A stretch of 64,000 nt of DNA, taken from positions 384,001 through 448,000 of the forward strand of contig CAXXLV010000001.1 of the NCBI GenBank assembly GCA_963664305.2. Reading direction: 5' to 3'. The notes below the pieces were generated by a model. The model saw only the letters and a list, made by a program, of their open reading frames with translations. It had not been told where the DNA came from and searched no databases. This document shows, piece after piece, positions 63,096-64,000 of the stretch (the stretch's first letter is position 1; each line of letters begins with the position of its first letter). Made by a program: the position numbers and the translations under genes. The stretch comes from an uncultured Aliarcobacter sp. GTDB lineage: Bacteria; Campylobacterota; Campylobacteria; Campylobacterales; Arcobacteraceae.

Positions 63096-64000
63096 TTATT
63101 CTCTATCACAAATAATATTGTAGATACAATAATTACATATAGATTTATCTTCACATTTTGAAAAAGAAATCACTTGTTTTGAAACTTCTTTTAACTCTTC
63201 AAATTTTTGATTTAATAGTTCCAATTTACTTTCTAAAGCAATTTCAGGAATTAGTTGAGTGTTATGCAAATCATAATAATATGCGTGTATTTTATTTGTT
63301 TTAAAATATTGATTCATTGCTATATAATAAAATTCAAGTTGGAAATCATTAGTCTTTTCATAATTTTTAAGTGTATCAACACTTAAATTTGATGATGTTT
63401 TATAATCAATCAACTCATACTCATTTTCAAAACTATCAATTCTGTCAATTATTCCTTTTATTTTTATTCCATTAAATTCACACTCAAAGTTTTTCTCTAA
63501 AGCAATAATTTTTCTATTTTTTAATCGCTCTTTATCATGTAAATAAAATTCATAAAGTTTTTTCTTCCAGATTTCCAAATCCAAAATCAAAAATGGATTT
63601 GAACTTTTGTATTTTGTAAATAAAGTCTCAATTTTTTCAAAACTTAATTCATTAGCATTTTCATCAATAGTATAATAATCTTCTAAAATAGAGTGAATTA
63701 TATCTCCCAATTCATAAGCTTTTGGTTTTAATGAAATCGAATGTTCTTTTATTTTTAAAATATATTGTAAATAAAATTTTCTTTTACATTGTAAATAAGT
63801 TCTAAATGAAGTTACTGACCAAATAAATTTTGCTAAATCAATTTGTGCAATTATCTCTTCTTCAAAATGCGATATTTTATGATTATCATAAAGTATATGT
63901 TTATAAAAATTGTCATTTGTATCAGTAATTATTCTTTTTCCAAATAATTCATTTGCAAATCGTGAAATTTGATTTGTATCTGAATTAACATATGAAATAA
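63096..64000 (-). CDS. addB: AddB-like PD-(D/E)XK nuclease with Fe-S staple (5' part outside the window)
   Basis: Frame stays open to the window edge (ISYVNSDTNQISRFANEL...SFRTYLQCKRKFY). Nuclease motif GIIDRID...LIDYKT, QLEFY, and C-terminal CNYC...IC. Confidence 0.85.
   Translation of the reverse strand, partial: ISYVNSDTNQISRFANELFGKRIITDTNDNFYKHILYDNHKISHFEEEIIAQIDLAKFIWSVTSFRTYLQCKRKFYLQYILKIKEHSISLKPKAYELGDIIHSILEDYYTIDENANELSFEKIETLFTKYKSSNPFLILDLEIWKKKLYEFYLHDKERLKNRKIIALEKNFECEFNGIKIKGIIDRIDSFENEYELIDYKTSSNLSVDTLKNYEKTNDFQLEFYYIAMNQYFKTNKIHAYYYDLHNTQLIPEIALESKLELLNQKFEELKEVSKQVISFSKCEDKSICNYCIYNIICDRE

Noticed and set aside
1..64000. CRISPR arrays, IS elements, prophage, tRNA/rRNA or defence systems
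   Set aside because: No repeat-spacer arrays, transposase/integrase ORFs or unexplained gaps large enough were seen; the que genes form the ordinary tRNA queuosine set with no dpd genes nearby.

Overview
A very AT-rich, densely coded chromosomal segment of a Campylobacterota bacterium, most likely Arcobacter/Aliarcobacter. This assignment is inferred from gene order, the diheme PetC, the orphan atpB, the MOMP-type porin and the frameshift-free prfB. Most of the window is core housekeeping: trmD-rplS, metE, ilvA, atpB, addA, argB-thrC, petABC, moeA-queCDE, fabG-acpP-fabF-accA, pheST-aroA-ispH-rpsA-serA-efp, lpxC-thrB-infB-rbfA-rimP-ribD, nadAC, plsY-folB, porin, prfB and partial addB. The left end carries an amino-acid transport/regulation cluster and the right end a MarR-controlled FUSC/Aae-type efflux operon. 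I saw no rRNA, tRNA, CRISPR array or mobile element. The best candidate for an undescribed system is a 114-aa Cys-rich, Met-free upstream ORF ending in RRTGVHPP directly in front of metE, which resembles a ribosome-arrest or metal-sensing leader peptide. Other notable items are structured RNA leaders before rplS and the major porin, phased repeats at the porin promoter, a CRP/FNR-like box near -41.5 of petABC, and a degenerate nucleoside-phosphorylase-fold protein.
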